A stretch of DNA of 53,938 nt, taken from Alphaproteobacteria bacterium (GTDB lineage Bacteria > Pseudomonadota > Alphaproteobacteria > RF32 > CAG-239). Under the pieces are notes generated by a model. That model did not search any database and had not been told where the DNA came from. It saw nothing but the letters and a program-made list of their open reading frames with translations. The stretch is from positions 1-53,938 of the forward strand of contig JBGUGE010000062.1 of assembly GCA_045111335.1 (NCBI GenBank). Reading direction: 5' to 3'. This document shows, piece by piece, positions 45,995 through 53,938 of the stretch; the first letter of the stretch is position 1, and each line of letters starts with the position of its first letter. The position numbers were made by a program, and so were the translations under genes.

Positions 45995-46837
45995 CTAAGG
46001 CTTTTGCAAAACGACACAGCGTTCAATACCGTTCAAATCAGGGACGGTGCTGAGGTGTATCATTCCGTTTTGCGTAAAAATACGGACAATATCGGCGGCT
46101 TGATTAACCCCGGATTCTAACAAAATAAGTCCGTTTTCCTTTAAAAGATACGGGGCTGTTTCGGCAATACGGCGATAACTTGCCAGGCCGTCGTTACCTC
46201 CGTCCAACGCCTGCCGCGGGTCATAATTTTTTACCTCCGGCTCCAATGTTGCAATATCGGATGTCGGAATATACGGCGGATTACTCACAATCATATCAAA
46301 TTGCCGGCCGATTTTGTCGGTAAAGTCGGCAACAAACCAATCAGCCTGAACAAAATTTAAGCGTGATGTCAAATTCAAAGAGGCGGCATTGCGACGGGCA
46401 ATTTCCAAACTTGCGGCAGAAATATCAACAGCCGTTCCGTGCGCCGCAGTCTTTTCAAGCAAAATGGATTCGATAATACATCCGCTACCGGTGCCCAAAT
46501 CTAAAATATCGGTGTTTACTTCGGGAAGCAGTCGCAATGCTTCTTCAACCAAAATTTCGGTATCCGGTCGTGGCGACAATACGTCTTCACTAACAATAAA
46601 TTCGGCCTTGTAAAACTCGCGGCGACCGAGGATTTTATCAAGCGGTTTATGCCGCAATCGCTGCTCAATCAACGAGTAAAGCGCCTGCGTTTGCGTCGGC
46701 GTCAAAACAATATCCGATAACACCGTATCCGGTGCACAGTCCAAAACGGCAGCCATAAGCAAACGCGCTTCCAAACGCGGACTTTCAATACCGGCATCTG
46801 CCAATTTTTTAATTATTCGATTGAATAAATCGCTCAT
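45995..46837 (-). CDS. prmC: Release-factor glutamine N5-methyltransferase
   Basis: 280 aa with a DLGTGSG SAM motif and the NPPY catalytic motif. Confidence 0.9.
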   Translation of the reverse strand: MSDLFNRIIKKLADAGIESPRLEARLLMAAVLDCAPDTVLSDIVLTPTQTQALYSLIEQRLRHKPLDKILGRREFYKAEFIVSEDVLSPRPDTEILVEEALRLLPEVNTDILDLGTGSGCIIESILLEKTAAHGTAVDISAASLEIARRNAASLNLTSRLNFVQADWFVADFTDKIGRQFDMIVSNPPYIPTSDIATLEPEVKNYDPRQALDGGNDGLASYRRIAETAPYLLKENGLILLESGVNQAADIVRIFTQNGMIHLSTVPDLNGIERCVVLQKP

Positions 46838-47736
46838 TCTGCGGCGGCCATTGATTGTTTGACTTCGGCAGAAAGTTTTTCAAAGGCACGTTTTTCGATT
46901 TGGCGTACGCGCTCGCGACTGATTTGGAATTTTTCGCCGATTTCATCAAGTGTTTCCGGCTCTTCCGTCAGCATACGGTTTTTGACAATGTATTGCTCAC
47001 GGTCATTCAATTTTGAAAGTGCCTGAAACAGAATACGTCGTTTCAAATCAGCTTCTTCACGGCGAGCATAATTTCCCTCGAGATTCTGTGATTTATCGGC
47101 AAGCAAATCAATAGCCTCAACCGTTTCGTCATCTTTACCGACCGGAACATTGAGTGAGCTGTCACCGCCGATACGACGATTCATTTCAACCACATCTTTT
47201 TCATCAACCACCAACTCATTGGCAATTTGCTTTACCTCGGTCGGCGCCAATTCTTTGTTGTCATAAATACCGAGCCGCGCCTTAATGCGTCCTAAATTAT
47301 AAAACAATTTTTTCTGCGCTGCGACTGTACCGATTTTCACCAGTGACCACGAACGCAATACAAAGTCGTTAAGTGCCGCCTTAATCCACAGCATGGCGTA
47401 GGTTGAAAGTCGCACGTTTTTATTAATATCAAATTTTTTAACTGCTTGCATCAGTCCGATATTCGCTTCCGAAATCAAATCAGAAGTCGGCAAGCCGTAG
47501 CGGCGGTAGGTCAGGGCGATTTTAACCGCCAAACGAAGGTGTGACGTAATCAGTTTTTGTGCTGCCTGCAAATCACCTTTTTCCTTAAATTGGCGCACCA
47601 AATCAATTTCTTCCTCGGTACTCAAAACCGGAAACTGCCTGATTTGCTGCAAATAGCGATGTAACCCGTCATCGTCGACAACAACCGGCAGATTCGATTT
47701 ATTTTCGTATACAACGATGTCTTTACTGTTACTCAT
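46834..47736 (-). CDS. rpoH: RNA polymerase sigma-32 factor
   Basis: It has regions 2-4, and the RpoH-box-like AAQKKLFYNLGRIKARL is very similar to alphaproteobacterial RpoH. The start could instead be 11 codons upstream. Confidence 0.9.
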   Translation of the reverse strand: MSNSKDIVVYENKSNLPVVVDDDGLHRYLQQIRQFPVLSTEEEIDLVRQFKEKGDLQAAQKLITSHLRLAVKIALTYRRYGLPTSDLISEANIGLMQAVKKFDINKNVRLSTYAMLWIKAALNDFVLRSWSLVKIGTVAAQKKLFYNLGRIKARLGIYDNKELAPTEVKQIANELVVDEKDVVEMNRRIGGDSSLNVPVGKDDETVEAIDLLADKSQNLEGNYARREEADLKRRILFQALSKLNDREQYIVKNRMLTEEPETLDEIGEKFQISRERVRQIEKRAFEKLSAEVKQSMAAAE

Positions 47737-47740
47737 TCGG

Positions 47741-48319
47741 CTACCGCTTATAAATAAAGGTTGCATCATCCATTTTTTCCGGCAACGCCAACAGGTTGGT
47801 GATTACAACCTTATAGGAATCAATATAGGGATAAATGATGATGTAGGTATTTTTGAATTTTTTTGATTTATTGTCGGAGCTGGCACAAATACGATAAATT
47901 TCGCGTTTTTCATTGATTTTAAGATTAGCCGCGGCGGCAGAGGCCTCAAAGTTTCCTTTAAGGTCTTTTTCCGTGACTTCCCTAAAATCATGCAGATTTT
48001 TCACCAGCAAAATTCGGGCACGTCTTTCTTGCACCGAAGTGCTGATTTTCTGTTGTTCAAATTCATAAATAAAATTTTTAATCTGCATCATCAGATTTTC
48101 GTCAGAACACAACAATTCCGGACGCGGTGTTTCATTTTCGATATAGCTTAAATCCGAACTGTTTTCCTGATGTCTTTCGGCATCGGATAAAACGCGCTCC
48201 ACCGGCCTGATTTCCGCACTGTCGTTCAAATCATCGAGGTGCATATCCGCCGCAACTTCCTGTGCCGAAGCCGGAAAATTCAATAAGCAAGAAAACAAAA
48301 ACAGCCAAAATTTATTCAT
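47741..48319 (-). CDS. Exported hypothetical protein
   Basis: 192 aa with signal peptide MNKFWLFLFSCLLNFPASAQE, lying between asnS and rpoH. Confidence 0.55.
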   Translation of the reverse strand: MNKFWLFLFSCLLNFPASAQEVAADMHLDDLNDSAEIRPVERVLSDAERHQENSSDLSYIENETPRPELLCSDENLMMQIKNFIYEFEQQKISTSVQERRARILLVKNLHDFREVTEKDLKGNFEASAAAANLKINEKREIYRICASSDNKSKKFKNTYIIIYPYIDSYKVVITNLLALPEKMDDATFIYKR

Positions 48320-48328
48320 TGAACTTCC

Positions 48329-49717
48329 TTAAAAAGCTACAGACTTCGGAGTGCGCGGGAACGGAATGGTATCGCGAATGTTAGTAATACCGGTTACCAG
48401 CATCATCATGCGCTCAAAGCCCAAACCGAAACCGGCGTGCGGCACCGTACCGTATTTACGCGAATCAAGATACCATTCATAGTTTTTGATATCCATACCC
48501 AAATCTTTGATTTTTTGCACCAGCACATCGTAGCGATCTTCACGCTGCGAACCGCCGATAAGCTCGCCGATTCTCGGAACCAAAACATCCATTGCCGCCA
48601 CGGTTTTGCCGTCTTCGTTAAGGCGCATATAAAACGCTTTAATTTCCTTCGGATAGTCGCGAACAATCACCGGACGCTTAAAATATTCTTCGGCCAAATA
48701 GCGTTCGTGCTCGGTTTGCAAATCAATTCCGTATTCCGGCGTATATTCAAAATCTTTGCCGGATTTTTTCATAATTTCAATTGCTTCGGTATAGGTAATA
48801 CGGGCAAAACCGTTTTCCACAATGTTGCTTAAAGTCTGCTTTAAGGTCGGATCGATAAATTTTTCAAACAAATCCAAATCATCGGCACAATGCTCCATAA
48901 TATCTTTCACCAGATAGCGTACCATATCTTCGGCCAAATCCATATCGTCGTTAAGGTCGGCAAAAGCCATTTCCGGCTCAATCATCCAAAATTCGGCAGC
49001 GTGGCGCGGAGTGTTTGAATTTTCAGCACGGAAAGTCGGGCCAAAGGTGTAAATATCCCCTAAAGCGCAAGCATACATTTCGCCGTTGAGTTGGCCGGAA
49101 ACCGTTAAACTTGACTTTTTACCGAAAAAGTCCTTGCCGTAATCAATTTCACCGTTCGGCAACTTCGGCGGATTCTTCAAATCCAAAGTCGTTACCTGAA
49201 ACATTTCGCCGGCACCTTCGCAGTCCGAAGCCGTAATCAGCGGCGTATGCACATACACAAAGCCGCGATTTTGGAAAAATTGATGAATGGCATAGGAAAG
49301 CCGTGAGCGTACTCGAAATGCCGCACCGTATTTATTTGTACGCGGCCGCAAATGAGCAACGCTACGCAAAAATTCATCGCTCATACCTTTTTTTTGCAGC
49401 GGATAATCTTCCGGAGCAATACCGTAAATTTCAATTTTTTCCGCCTTGATTTCATATTTTTGTTTGCCGCCGGCGGATTCGATCAAGGCACCGGTAATCG
49501 CCACCGATGAACCTGTTGTCAACTTTTTGATTTCATCGTAATTATTGAGGGTATTATTGGCGATAACCTGAATATTTTTTAAGCACGAACCGTCATTGAC
49601 TTCAATAAACGAGAAGTCCTTTGAATCGCGCTTGGTTTTTACCCAGCCTTTGATTAATACTTCCGAGATTGTCTGTTCGGATGCCAATAATTGTTTAATT
49701 TTAGTTCTTTTCAACAT
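48329..49717 (-). CDS. asnS: Asparagine--tRNA ligase
   Basis: 462 aa with an OB anticodon-binding N-domain and class IIb motifs ([28 protein letters not shown]). Confidence 0.95.
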   Translation of the reverse strand: MLKRTKIKQLLASEQTISEVLIKGWVKTKRDSKDFSFIEVNDGSCLKNIQVIANNTLNNYDEIKKLTTGSSVAITGALIESAGGKQKYEIKAEKIEIYGIAPEDYPLQKKGMSDEFLRSVAHLRPRTNKYGAAFRVRSRLSYAIHQFFQNRGFVYVHTPLITASDCEGAGEMFQVTTLDLKNPPKLPNGEIDYGKDFFGKKSSLTVSGQLNGEMYACALGDIYTFGPTFRAENSNTPRHAAEFWMIEPEMAFADLNDDMDLAEDMVRYLVKDIMEHCADDLDLFEKFIDPTLKQTLSNIVENGFARITYTEAIEIMKKSGKDFEYTPEYGIDLQTEHERYLAEEYFKRPVIVRDYPKEIKAFYMRLNEDGKTVAAMDVLVPRIGELIGGSQREDRYDVLVQKIKDLGMDIKNYEWYLDSRKYGTVPHAGFGLGFERMMMLVTGITNIRDTIPFPRTPKSVAF

Positions 49718-49787
49718 TTTACCCTCTATTAAAGTTAAGAATCCAAATCTTATGCACTATATACCATTGATATTTAATTGTCCAGTC

Positions 49788-49816
49788 TTGACAATCAATT
49801 TGTTATGGATAATTAT
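49788..49816 (+). promoter_or_regulatory. Candidate promoter of the lipoprotein gene
   Basis: TTGACA-N17-AATTAT, ~30 nt upstream of the AGGAG RBS. Confidence 0.4.
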
Positions 49817-49845
49817 GTATATAGTTAAATTTTAGGAGATACGCA

Positions 49846-50301
49846 ATGAAAAAAACAATATTATTTGCCGTTCCGGTTATTTTGGCCGTTGCGGCTTGCG
49901 CCCCGCGCATCGGCAGCAACGATTACGATTACGATTCTGTTCGTCAGGCAACCAACGGTTTTCCGTGCACGGTTATGTCGGTTCGTCAGGTAAATGTCAA
50001 CAGCAATGATAACTCGGCCGGCGGCGTGCTCGGCGGTGTTGCCGGCGGTGTTGCCGGTTCAACCATCGGTCACGGCAGCAGTGCTCATGCTTTAGGCGCC
50101 ATCGGCGGCGCTTTGGCCGGTATGGCGGTTGGTTCTTTGGCTCAGGATTCGATGATGAGCCAAGCCGGTTATGAATATGTGGTTCGCACCGACAGCGGCC
50201 AGATTTACAGCGTAACTCAAGGTACGGATACATTGCTCTCGGCCGGTCAGAGATGCATGCTCTTAAACGGCGCAACTTCGAGAATTATTCCATATTATTG
50301 A
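49846..50301 (+). CDS. Glycine-zipper outer-membrane lipoprotein (17-kDa antigen / SlyB-like)
   Basis: Lipobox LAVAAC and a GGVLGGVAGGVAGSTIGHG...GAIGGALAGMAVG glycine zipper. Confidence 0.75.
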   Translation: MKKTILFAVPVILAVAACAPRIGSNDYDYDSVRQATNGFPCTVMSVRQVNVNSNDNSAGGVLGGVAGGVAGSTIGHGSSAHALGAIGGALAGMAVGSLAQDSMMSQAGYEYVVRTDSGQIYSVTQGTDTLLSAGQRCMLLNGATSRIIPYY

Positions 50302-50327
50302 TAAGCCGGAGAAATTCGTTTTTAAAG

Positions 50328-50357
50328 CCGTCGGGTATAAATACTCGGCGGTTTTTT
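50328..50357 (+). terminator. Intrinsic terminator after the lipoprotein gene
   Basis: CCGTCGGGT-ATAAAT-ACTCGGCGG (9 bp with 2 G-U pairs) followed by T6. Confidence 0.6.
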
Positions 50358-50380
50358 GTTGGCAATAGAATACTGAGCGA

Positions 50381-50470
50381 CTTATTCGAGGGTTCTCATC
50401 CCTCTCGTTATTTACAATAAAACCCTCCGCAAGGGAGGGCTTTATTGTAAATGGCGGATAGAGAGGGATT
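50381..50470. repeat. 90-bp direct repeat, copy 1 (pseudo T-arm, palindromic terminator, last 19 nt of tRNA-Ser)
   Basis: Identical to 50568-50657 except for one base (T/G in TATTTACAAT vs TATTGACAAT). Confidence 0.9.
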
Positions 50471-50567
50471 ACTCCGCGCACACTATCGTGTTTGCTCCGT
50501 TCTCCTCGTTCGTTCGCTGATGCTCACCGGCGTTCTGGCGCCCGCCTCTCACTCGTCGTCGAACCCT

Positions 50568-50657
50568 CTTATTCGAGGGTTCTCATCCCTCTCGTTATTG
50601 ACAATAAAACCCTCCGCAAGGGAGGGCTTTATTGTAAATGGCGGATAGAGAGGGATT
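50568..50657. repeat. 90-bp direct repeat, copy 2 (overlaps the genuine tRNA-Ser 3' end and its terminator)
   Basis: See copy 1. The repeat period is 187 bp. Confidence 0.9.
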
Positions 50658-50729
50658 CGAACCCTCGATACCCTTTAGAGGTATACACGATTTCCAATCG
50701 TGCGCCTTAGGCCACTCGGCCATCTATCC
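50639..50729 (-). tRNA. tRNA-Ser (anticodon GGA), long variable arm
   Basis: The reverse complement is GGATAGATGGCCGAGTGGCCTAAGGCGCACGATTGGAAATCGTGTATACCTCTAAAGGGTATCGAGGGTTCGAATCCCTCTCTATCCGCCA. The anticodon loop is TTGGAAA. Confidence 0.9.
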
Positions 50730-50796
50730 ATTCAAATCTAACCTTGTATATACCGATATTTTTATTTTCGCAAGCGTTTTTTATAAAATTGTTCAA

Positions 50797-50833
50797 TAAA
50801 AAAGCCTCAAACCGATTTGTTCGAGACTTTTTT
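50797..50833 (-). terminator. Intrinsic (potentially bidirectional) terminator after rplI
   Basis: Minus strand reads GTCTCGAAC-AAATC-GGTTTGAGGC followed by T6. It is flanked by an A-run and a T-run. Confidence 0.55.
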
Positions 50834-50862
50834 ATTGCCTGAAGGCGTTTAATCAGTAAAAA

Positions 50863-51348
50863 TTATTCCTGATTATATGCTTTTGCCTGCTTTTTAGCTT
50901 CTTCCGAACTTCTGGCAACATTAACCAGAATCGTTTGCGAAACTTCCGGATGCAGGTTCAATTTTACTTGGTAAATGCCCAAATCTTTAATCGGTTTTTC
51001 CAAATAAATGTAGCGACGTTCAACATTGTAGCCGGCGTCTTTGATAGCCGAAGCAATGTCGCGAATCGTTACCGAACCGTAGAGTTGACCGGTTTCCGCT
51101 GCCTGACGAATCAAAACAGCATTAAAGCCGTTGAGCGAAGCCGCCAATTCGGAGGCCTTACCCAAAAGTTCCTGATTGTGCAGTTCCAAAGCAGCTTTTT
51201 GCGCTTCAAAATAAGCAACATTGGCGTCAGTGGCACGCAGAGCTTTCTTTTGCGGCAACAGATAGTTACGAGCATAACCGGTTTTAACGGTTACTTTGTC
51301 GCCCATTTTGCCCAATTTTTCAATGTGTTCGAGTAAAATAACTTCCAT
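50863..51348 (-). CDS. rplI: 50S ribosomal protein L9
   Basis: 161 aa with MEVILLEHIEKLGKMGDKVTVKTGYARNYLLPQKKA. Confidence 0.95.
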   Translation of the reverse strand: MEVILLEHIEKLGKMGDKVTVKTGYARNYLLPQKKALRATDANVAYFEAQKAALELHNQELLGKASELAASLNGFNAVLIRQAAETGQLYGSVTIRDIASAIKDAGYNVERRYIYLEKPIKDLGIYQVKLNLHPEVSQTILVNVARSSEEAKKQAKAYNQE

Positions 51349-51357
51349 AGCACCCTC

Positions 51358-51582
51358 CTACATAGCAACATACGGCAACAAAGCGATGTAGCGCGCGCGT
51401 TTGATGGCACGAGCCAATTCTCTTTGCTTTTTCGCCGAAACAGAGGTGATGCGCGACGGAATGATTTTACCTTTTTCCGAAATATAGCGCGACAGCAGTT
51501 TAACATCTTTATAGTCGATTTTCAGCGCATTTTCGCCGGAAAACGGACAAGATTTTCTTTTAAAAAATGTTTGTTTAGCCAT
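51358..51582 (-). CDS. rpsR: 30S ribosomal protein S18
   Basis: 74 aa with [33 protein letters not shown]. Confidence 0.95.
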   Translation of the reverse strand: MAKQTFFKRKSCPFSGENALKIDYKDVKLLSRYISEKGKIIPSRITSVSAKKQRELARAIKRARYIALLPYVAM

Positions 51583-51597
51583 GGTTAAATCTCCTTC

Positions 51598-51936
51598 TTA
51601 TGCTTCCGCAACTGCAGAATCTTCTTCAATTTCTGCGGTTTCGTTATTGAATTCGTCAACCTTAACCGTCATATAACGAATAACATCTTCGTTTAAGCGG
51701 ATAAGTCTTTCGTATTCGGTAATTGCACTTGACGGGGCAACAATGTTCAACAAAACATAATGACCTTTGCGGTTTTTCTTAATGCGATAAGCGAGATTTT
51801 TCAAACCCCAATTATCAACTTTTACGACCTCGCCGCCTTCTTTTTTAATCACTTCGCTCAAATCGGAAACGAGAGTGTTTACTTGTGCGGCACCAAGATC
51901 CTGACGTGCAATCAGCACGCTTTCATAGTTAGCCAT
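51598..51936 (-). CDS. rpsF: 30S ribosomal protein S6
   Basis: 112 aa with YESVLIARQD...WGLKNLAYRIKKNRKGHYVL. Confidence 0.95.
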   Translation of the reverse strand: MANYESVLIARQDLGAAQVNTLVSDLSEVIKKEGGEVVKVDNWGLKNLAYRIKKNRKGHYVLLNIVAPSSAITEYERLIRLNEDVIRYMTVKVDEFNNETAEIEEDSAVAEA

Positions 51937-52131
51937 ATTTTAATATCTCCTTATGGATTACTCAACAAATGGCCGACAAACAGGCGTGTTACGGCAGGTT
52001 GCCGACCGGTTAATGTATAGCCGAATGACGCTGCATCCGGCAAGGGACAGGCGTCAATATACACTAATTTAATATAAATGCAAGCGTTTTTTTATGGGAA
52101 AAATCGCAGAATACTTTTTTGTAAAGAAGAC

Positions 52132-52159
52132 TTGACAAAAAAACCAAAGAGGGTAGACT
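52132..52159 (+). promoter_or_regulatory. Candidate sigma70 promoter
   Basis: TTGACA-N16-TAGACT. Confidence 0.45.
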
Positions 52160-52165
52160 GGAATC

Positions 52166-52261
52166 AGAATTAGAACTCAACTATGCTCGCAGCAATCTGA
52201 ATGTTAAAAAGTAAAAGACACATAGTTGCAATAAGCCCGCCGAAATTCGGCGGGTTTTTTA
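52166..52261 (+). ncRNA. Candidate ~95-nt small RNA or terminated leader
   Basis: It runs from promoter to terminator with no ORF. An internal 8-bp long-range stem CAACTATG/CATAGTTG is present. Confidence 0.35.
52234..52261 (+). terminator. Intrinsic terminator
   Basis: AGCCCGCCG-AAAT-TCGGCGGGT followed by T6. Confidence 0.65.
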
Positions 52262-52344
52262 TTGTCAACAGGGCGGAATATAAACATTATTTTAACACTT
52301 TAGGTATATTGTAGTGGCAAAGAAATTTATATTTAAGGTGTCAA

Positions 52345-52806
52345 ATGAAACAATTAAAGATATTTATTACGGGGCTTTGCGCCTTGTTTTTGGCCGGATG
52401 TGTGGCCATTAAAGAACCGCAGAAAACAGCACAATACGGCGATCCGTTCTGCCGCAACGAAACCATGGTGGCAGTTTATGATGCCCAAGGAACATATACC
52501 GTTCCGGGGTGTGTGGATTATTTTATGCCGTGGGAGGATTATGACCAACCGGCAGGCGATTTTCCGGCGGTGGAAAACAATAAATATCCGCAAAATCAGG
52601 TAATTTTGCAAAATCAGAATACTCGCGTTTTGGCTTATTGTCGCGGCACCGATGAGCAGATTGCTTATTGCATCAGTCGCTTAGAAGGCTCGTGCTATGT
52701 GCCGCTGAACGATATTCCGAAGGTTCCGGCTAAGGCTGATGAATTGCGCCGCGGTTCATATCCGTCGCGCAGATGGCGTGAGGGCGATGTCGTCCCGAGG
52801 TGGTAG
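52345..52806 (+). CDS. Hypothetical lipoprotein
   Basis: 153 aa with lipobox FLAGC and several Cys. I recognise no motif in it. Confidence 0.6.
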   Translation: MKQLKIFITGLCALFLAGCVAIKEPQKTAQYGDPFCRNETMVAVYDAQGTYTVPGCVDYFMPWEDYDQPAGDFPAVENNKYPQNQVILQNQNTRVLAYCRGTDEQIAYCISRLEGSCYVPLNDIPKVPAKADELRRGSYPSRRWREGDVVPRW

Positions 52807-52809
52807 AAA

Positions 52810-53938
52810 ATGTTGGCACGCGTAAACACCATAGCTTTTAACGGTTTGAGCACACTCGATGTGGATTTGCAGTTGCAAATTTCGTCGGGTATGCCGGCTT
52901 TTAATATTGTCGGTTTACCGGACAAGACCATTGCCGAAAGCAAGGAGCGGGTGCGTGCTGCCTTAAATACCATGGGCGTTGAATTGCCGGCCAAACGGAT
53001 TACCGTTAATTTGGCACCGGCCGATTTGTTAAAAGAAGGTTCGCACTTTGATTTGCCGATTGCATTGGCACTGCTGGCGGGCATGGGAATTATACCGGCC
53101 GAAGATGTTGCCGACTATGTGGTAATCGGTGAGTTGGGGCTTGACGGAGCGATTATGCCGGTTAACGGTGCGTTGCCGGTGGCAATACATGCCAATCGGA
53201 TGAATAAAGGCCTGATTTGCCCTGAAGCACAGGGCGGTGAGGCGGTTTGGTCGGGGCTTAAAGATATTATTGCGGCACCGACATTGTTGGCCTTGATTAA
53301 TCACTTGAAAGGGATTCAACAATTACCGCAACCGGAAGTAAAACGCAAAAAAACCAAAATTTCCGATTTGGATATGGCCGATGTTAAAGGGCAGGAAACC
53401 GCCAAGCGCGCGCTTGAAATTGCCGCGGCGGGTGCACATAATCTTTTGATGTCGGGTACACCGGGAGCCGGAAAATCGATGTTGGCTTCGCGGCTCGTTA
53501 CGATTTTGCCGCCGCTTACTACCGAAGAGGCATTGGAAACCTGCATGATTCACTCAATTGCCGGCGAGCTTAAAAACAGTGAAATCAGCTTTGAAAGACC
53601 TTATCGCGATCCGCACCACAGCGCTTCGACACCGGCGCTGATAGGGGGCGGACGTAAAGGTGTTCCGGGCGAAATTTCGCTGGCGCATAACGGCGTTTTG
53701 TTTTTAGACGAGTTGCCGGAGTTTAATCGCTCGACTTTGGAAGCGTTGCGCCAACCGTTAGAAACCGGATATGTGACAATTTCTCGCGTGCATTGTCATA
53801 CACAATATCCGGCTAATTTCCAACTGGTGGCGGCAATGAATCCGTGTCGGTGCGGCTATTTGGGAATGAGCGGGCAGGAGTGCTCGCGTGCGCCTAAGTG
53901 TGCCGAAGAATATCAGTCTCGAATTTCCGGTCCGCTTA
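52810..53938 (+). CDS. YifB/ComM-family Mg-chelatase-like AAA+ ATPase (3'-truncated by the window end)
   Basis: My own translation from the ATG at 52810 reads [13 protein letters not shown]...DLPIALALL (Lon-like N-domain), GTPGAGKSM (Walker A), [10 protein letters not shown] (Walker B) and NPCRCGY. There is no stop before the window end. Confidence 0.9.
   Translation, partial: MLARVNTIAFNGLSTLDVDLQLQISSGMPAFNIVGLPDKTIAESKERVRAALNTMGVELPAKRITVNLAPADLLKEGSHFDLPIALALLAGMGIIPAEDVADYVVIGELGLDGAIMPVNGALPVAIHANRMNKGLICPEAQGGEAVWSGLKDIIAAPTLLALINHLKGIQQLPQPEVKRKKTKISDLDMADVKGQETAKRALEIAAAGAHNLLMSGTPGAGKSMLASRLVTILPPLTTEEALETCMIHSIAGELKNSEISFERPYRDPHHSASTPALIGGGRKGVPGEISLAHNGVLFLDELPEFNRSTLEALRQPLETGYVTISRVHCHTQYPANFQLVAAMNPCRCGYLGMSGQECSRAPKCAEEYQSRISGPL

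Noticed and set aside
50381-50657. Direct repeats with a spacer, considered as a mini CRISPR array.
   Set aside because: There are only two copies, and the repeats are 90 bp (far longer than CRISPR repeats). They contain tRNA and terminator sequence, and no cas genes are present.
50451-50710. ORFs of 65 and 72 aa spanning the tRNA-Ser repeat region.
   Set aside because: They run through the duplicated terminator/tRNA fragments and into the tRNA-Ser gene itself. They have no RBS, and the reading frames are a by-product of the repeat.

Overview
This is a moderately AT-rich chromosomal segment with strong alphaproteobacterial gene content and synteny: tRNA-Tyr/tRNA-Gly/tuf, lptD-surA-rsmA, rpoH, ptsP(EI-Ntr), apaG, a DUF4167 protein and rpsF-rpsR-rplI without priB. 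About 50 protein genes are dominated by core functions. These are translation (tuf, tsf, rplM, rpsI, rpsB, rpsF, rpsR, rplI, hisS, asnS, prfA, prmC, rsmA), envelope/LPS transport (lptF/G-family, lptD, surA, murQ, galE), stress (hslO, grpE, rpoH, recX) and DNA topology/repair (parE, family-4 UDG). I found four tRNAs: Gly-TCC, Tyr-GTA, Met/Ile2-CAT and Ser-GGA. I saw no rRNA, CRISPR array, transposase, integrase or recognisable defence genes. Three kinds of non-routine signal stand out. (1) The 465-bp ORF-free gap between grpE and the LPS-transport operon holds a near-consensus extended -10 promoter, a long-range closing helix and an intrinsic terminator. This makes it a candidate ~310-nt structured RNA or attenuating leader that I cannot assign to any RNA family. 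A second, shorter promoter-to-terminator unit lies at 52.13-52.26 kb. (2) Both tRNA-Ser and tRNA-Met are followed by partial copies of their own 3' ends. The tRNA-Ser locus has a 90-bp direct repeat (1 mismatch), and the distal T-arm copy is split by an 89-nt GC-rich insert. Both look like scars of site-specific integration. A ~5-kb anaerobe-style redox/metal block follows tRNA-Met: gpx, an MBL-rubredoxin fusion, a CDF transporter, a signal-peptide flavodoxin, an orphan BioG-like gene and a histidine phosphatase. (3) Several exported proteins have no assignable function. These include a GH24-lysozyme-like protein with a fivefold repeat module and a pair of Cys-containing paralogues. I did not find a clear multi-gene novel system. 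All calls rest on reading the sequence and the ORF translations by eye, with no searches or folding programs.
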